Shown one piece after another: positions 62,942 through 64,000 of a stretch of 64,000 bases of DNA. Location: positions 843,185 to 907,184 of the forward strand of contig NMRA01000031.1 in the NCBI GenBank assembly GCA_002633005.1. The letters are read 5' to 3'. The notes beneath the pieces are model-generated. The model ran no database searches, had not been told where the DNA came from, and saw nothing but the letters and a program-made list of their open reading frames with translations. Both the position numbers and the translations under genes were made by a program. Every line of letters starts with the position of its first letter. Position 1 is the first letter of the stretch. This DNA is from Phoronis australis (lineage: Eukaryota > Animalia > Phoronida).

Positions 62942-64000
62942 AGGAGAATGCCACCCGATTTAATTAGTCCTTTTCACCGTCTTGATCGGTCTATATCCAC
63001 ATCGCCTCTTATACGGTCAACCTCACCTTGCCGAGAGGTGTCATGTTAACCTGTGAGGAAGGTGAGAAATGACGCAGCGACATCAGTGGTTGGTCTGCAG
63101 AGTGAATGTCGCTATATTGTGGTGCATCGTTCCCGCTTGTCTGAACTATGAAGCTGCGAAGAAAGCAGGTATATTGTTTTTTCGACTTCCTCGAGAGCCG
63201 AAATGCTTAGGAAGTGGTTTGCGGTAGTGAAGAATGAAAGGTAGGCTGTTAATAGCAAGTATGAGGCCGTGAAACATCTCCGTGTCTGTGGCCGGCATTT
63301 CGTCGACAGTGATTTCTCTGATGAATTCCGACTTACCAAAGAACTGCAAATACTTTCCGTTGCCTGTGCATGTTCACGGCGCCCCTCTAGCATTTCTTGA
63401 TCAATATATTCCAGTTCGAACTGATAGCCTGTGAAACCTAACGATCCGATACGTGAAGTCTTCATCGAATGAGCTCTTGACTAAGTCGGCGGGATCAGCG
63501 CCGGGCGAGTTGCCAAGTAGACATTTATTATTCTGCGTTCTCTTTCAAAATGAATAATTCTCATCATAACCAATGCCTATATAAAACTGAAACAAAGTCT
63601 GTCTTATTAGATACAATTTGTAATGCCTTTGCAGTATTCGTGAGTGCAAATGTTGAGAAGCCAGTAATGAATAAACCATTGCATTACCAGCTTTTGATGC
63701 TGACAATAAAGGTAATTGACCGGGCACCGAGTCTAAACAACACAGATCTAAGTTCTCCAGTCTGTATTTCACAGAATACTTCGAATTTATCTCCGAACAG
63801 ACCCCAAACTCCTGCTATGCAACCTTGGTAAATTGGCCTGCCGAACTTTATAGGCTATGGTGTGTCCAAATACAATAATTCCGTAACACCAAAATAAAAC
63901 AACACGTTTTTATAAGAACTAGGTGAATTTTTAAGGGTTTTATATCGAAGTTTGATGATTTGTTGGTGTTAAACGATGAATTCAAGCGATAAGCTGACAC
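62942..64000. mobile_element. Possible Kolobok-like element left end with a degenerate accessory-ORF remnant
   Basis: TTAA|AGGAGAATGCCACCC terminus; CpG-rich interior; - strand peptide GYQFELEY..E resembles the YxFEP motif seen in Kolobok accessory ORFs; right end not seen. Confidence 0.35.

Overview
Intron-rich, AT-rich animal genomic DNA, probably a marine invertebrate (inference). The assembly looks heterozygous, with contigs joined by single Ns. Four spliced protein-coding genes can be rebuilt exon by exon, with consistent phases and GT-AG sites. (1) A BMP/activin type I receptor of the ALK1/ALK2 (ACVR1/saxophone) class on + (17837-29579); its signal-peptide exon was not located, and its GS and kinase exons occur twice around an N. 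(2) The NEDD8 E2 enzyme UBE2F on - (36100-40808). (3) ESCRT-II VPS25 on + (44754-51211), head-to-head with UBE2F and containing a U12-type minor intron. (4) A two-finger C2H2 zinc-finger gene on - (55975-61753). Introns carry many non-autonomous DNA transposons (hAT-like with 8-bp or 5-bp TSDs, Harbinger/ISL2EU-like, Kolobok-like), tRNA-derived SINEs and a decayed HERO (R2-group) retrotransposon. The most unusual signal is tandem duplication of splice-site sequence. UBE2F has an array of five 5' splice sites spaced 45 nt apart, built from copies of the exon end plus donor, and use of any distal donor exposes an in-frame stop. Smaller splice-site-anchored repeats occur in two other genes. Three N-flanked tandem duplications are most likely uncollapsed haplotypes.
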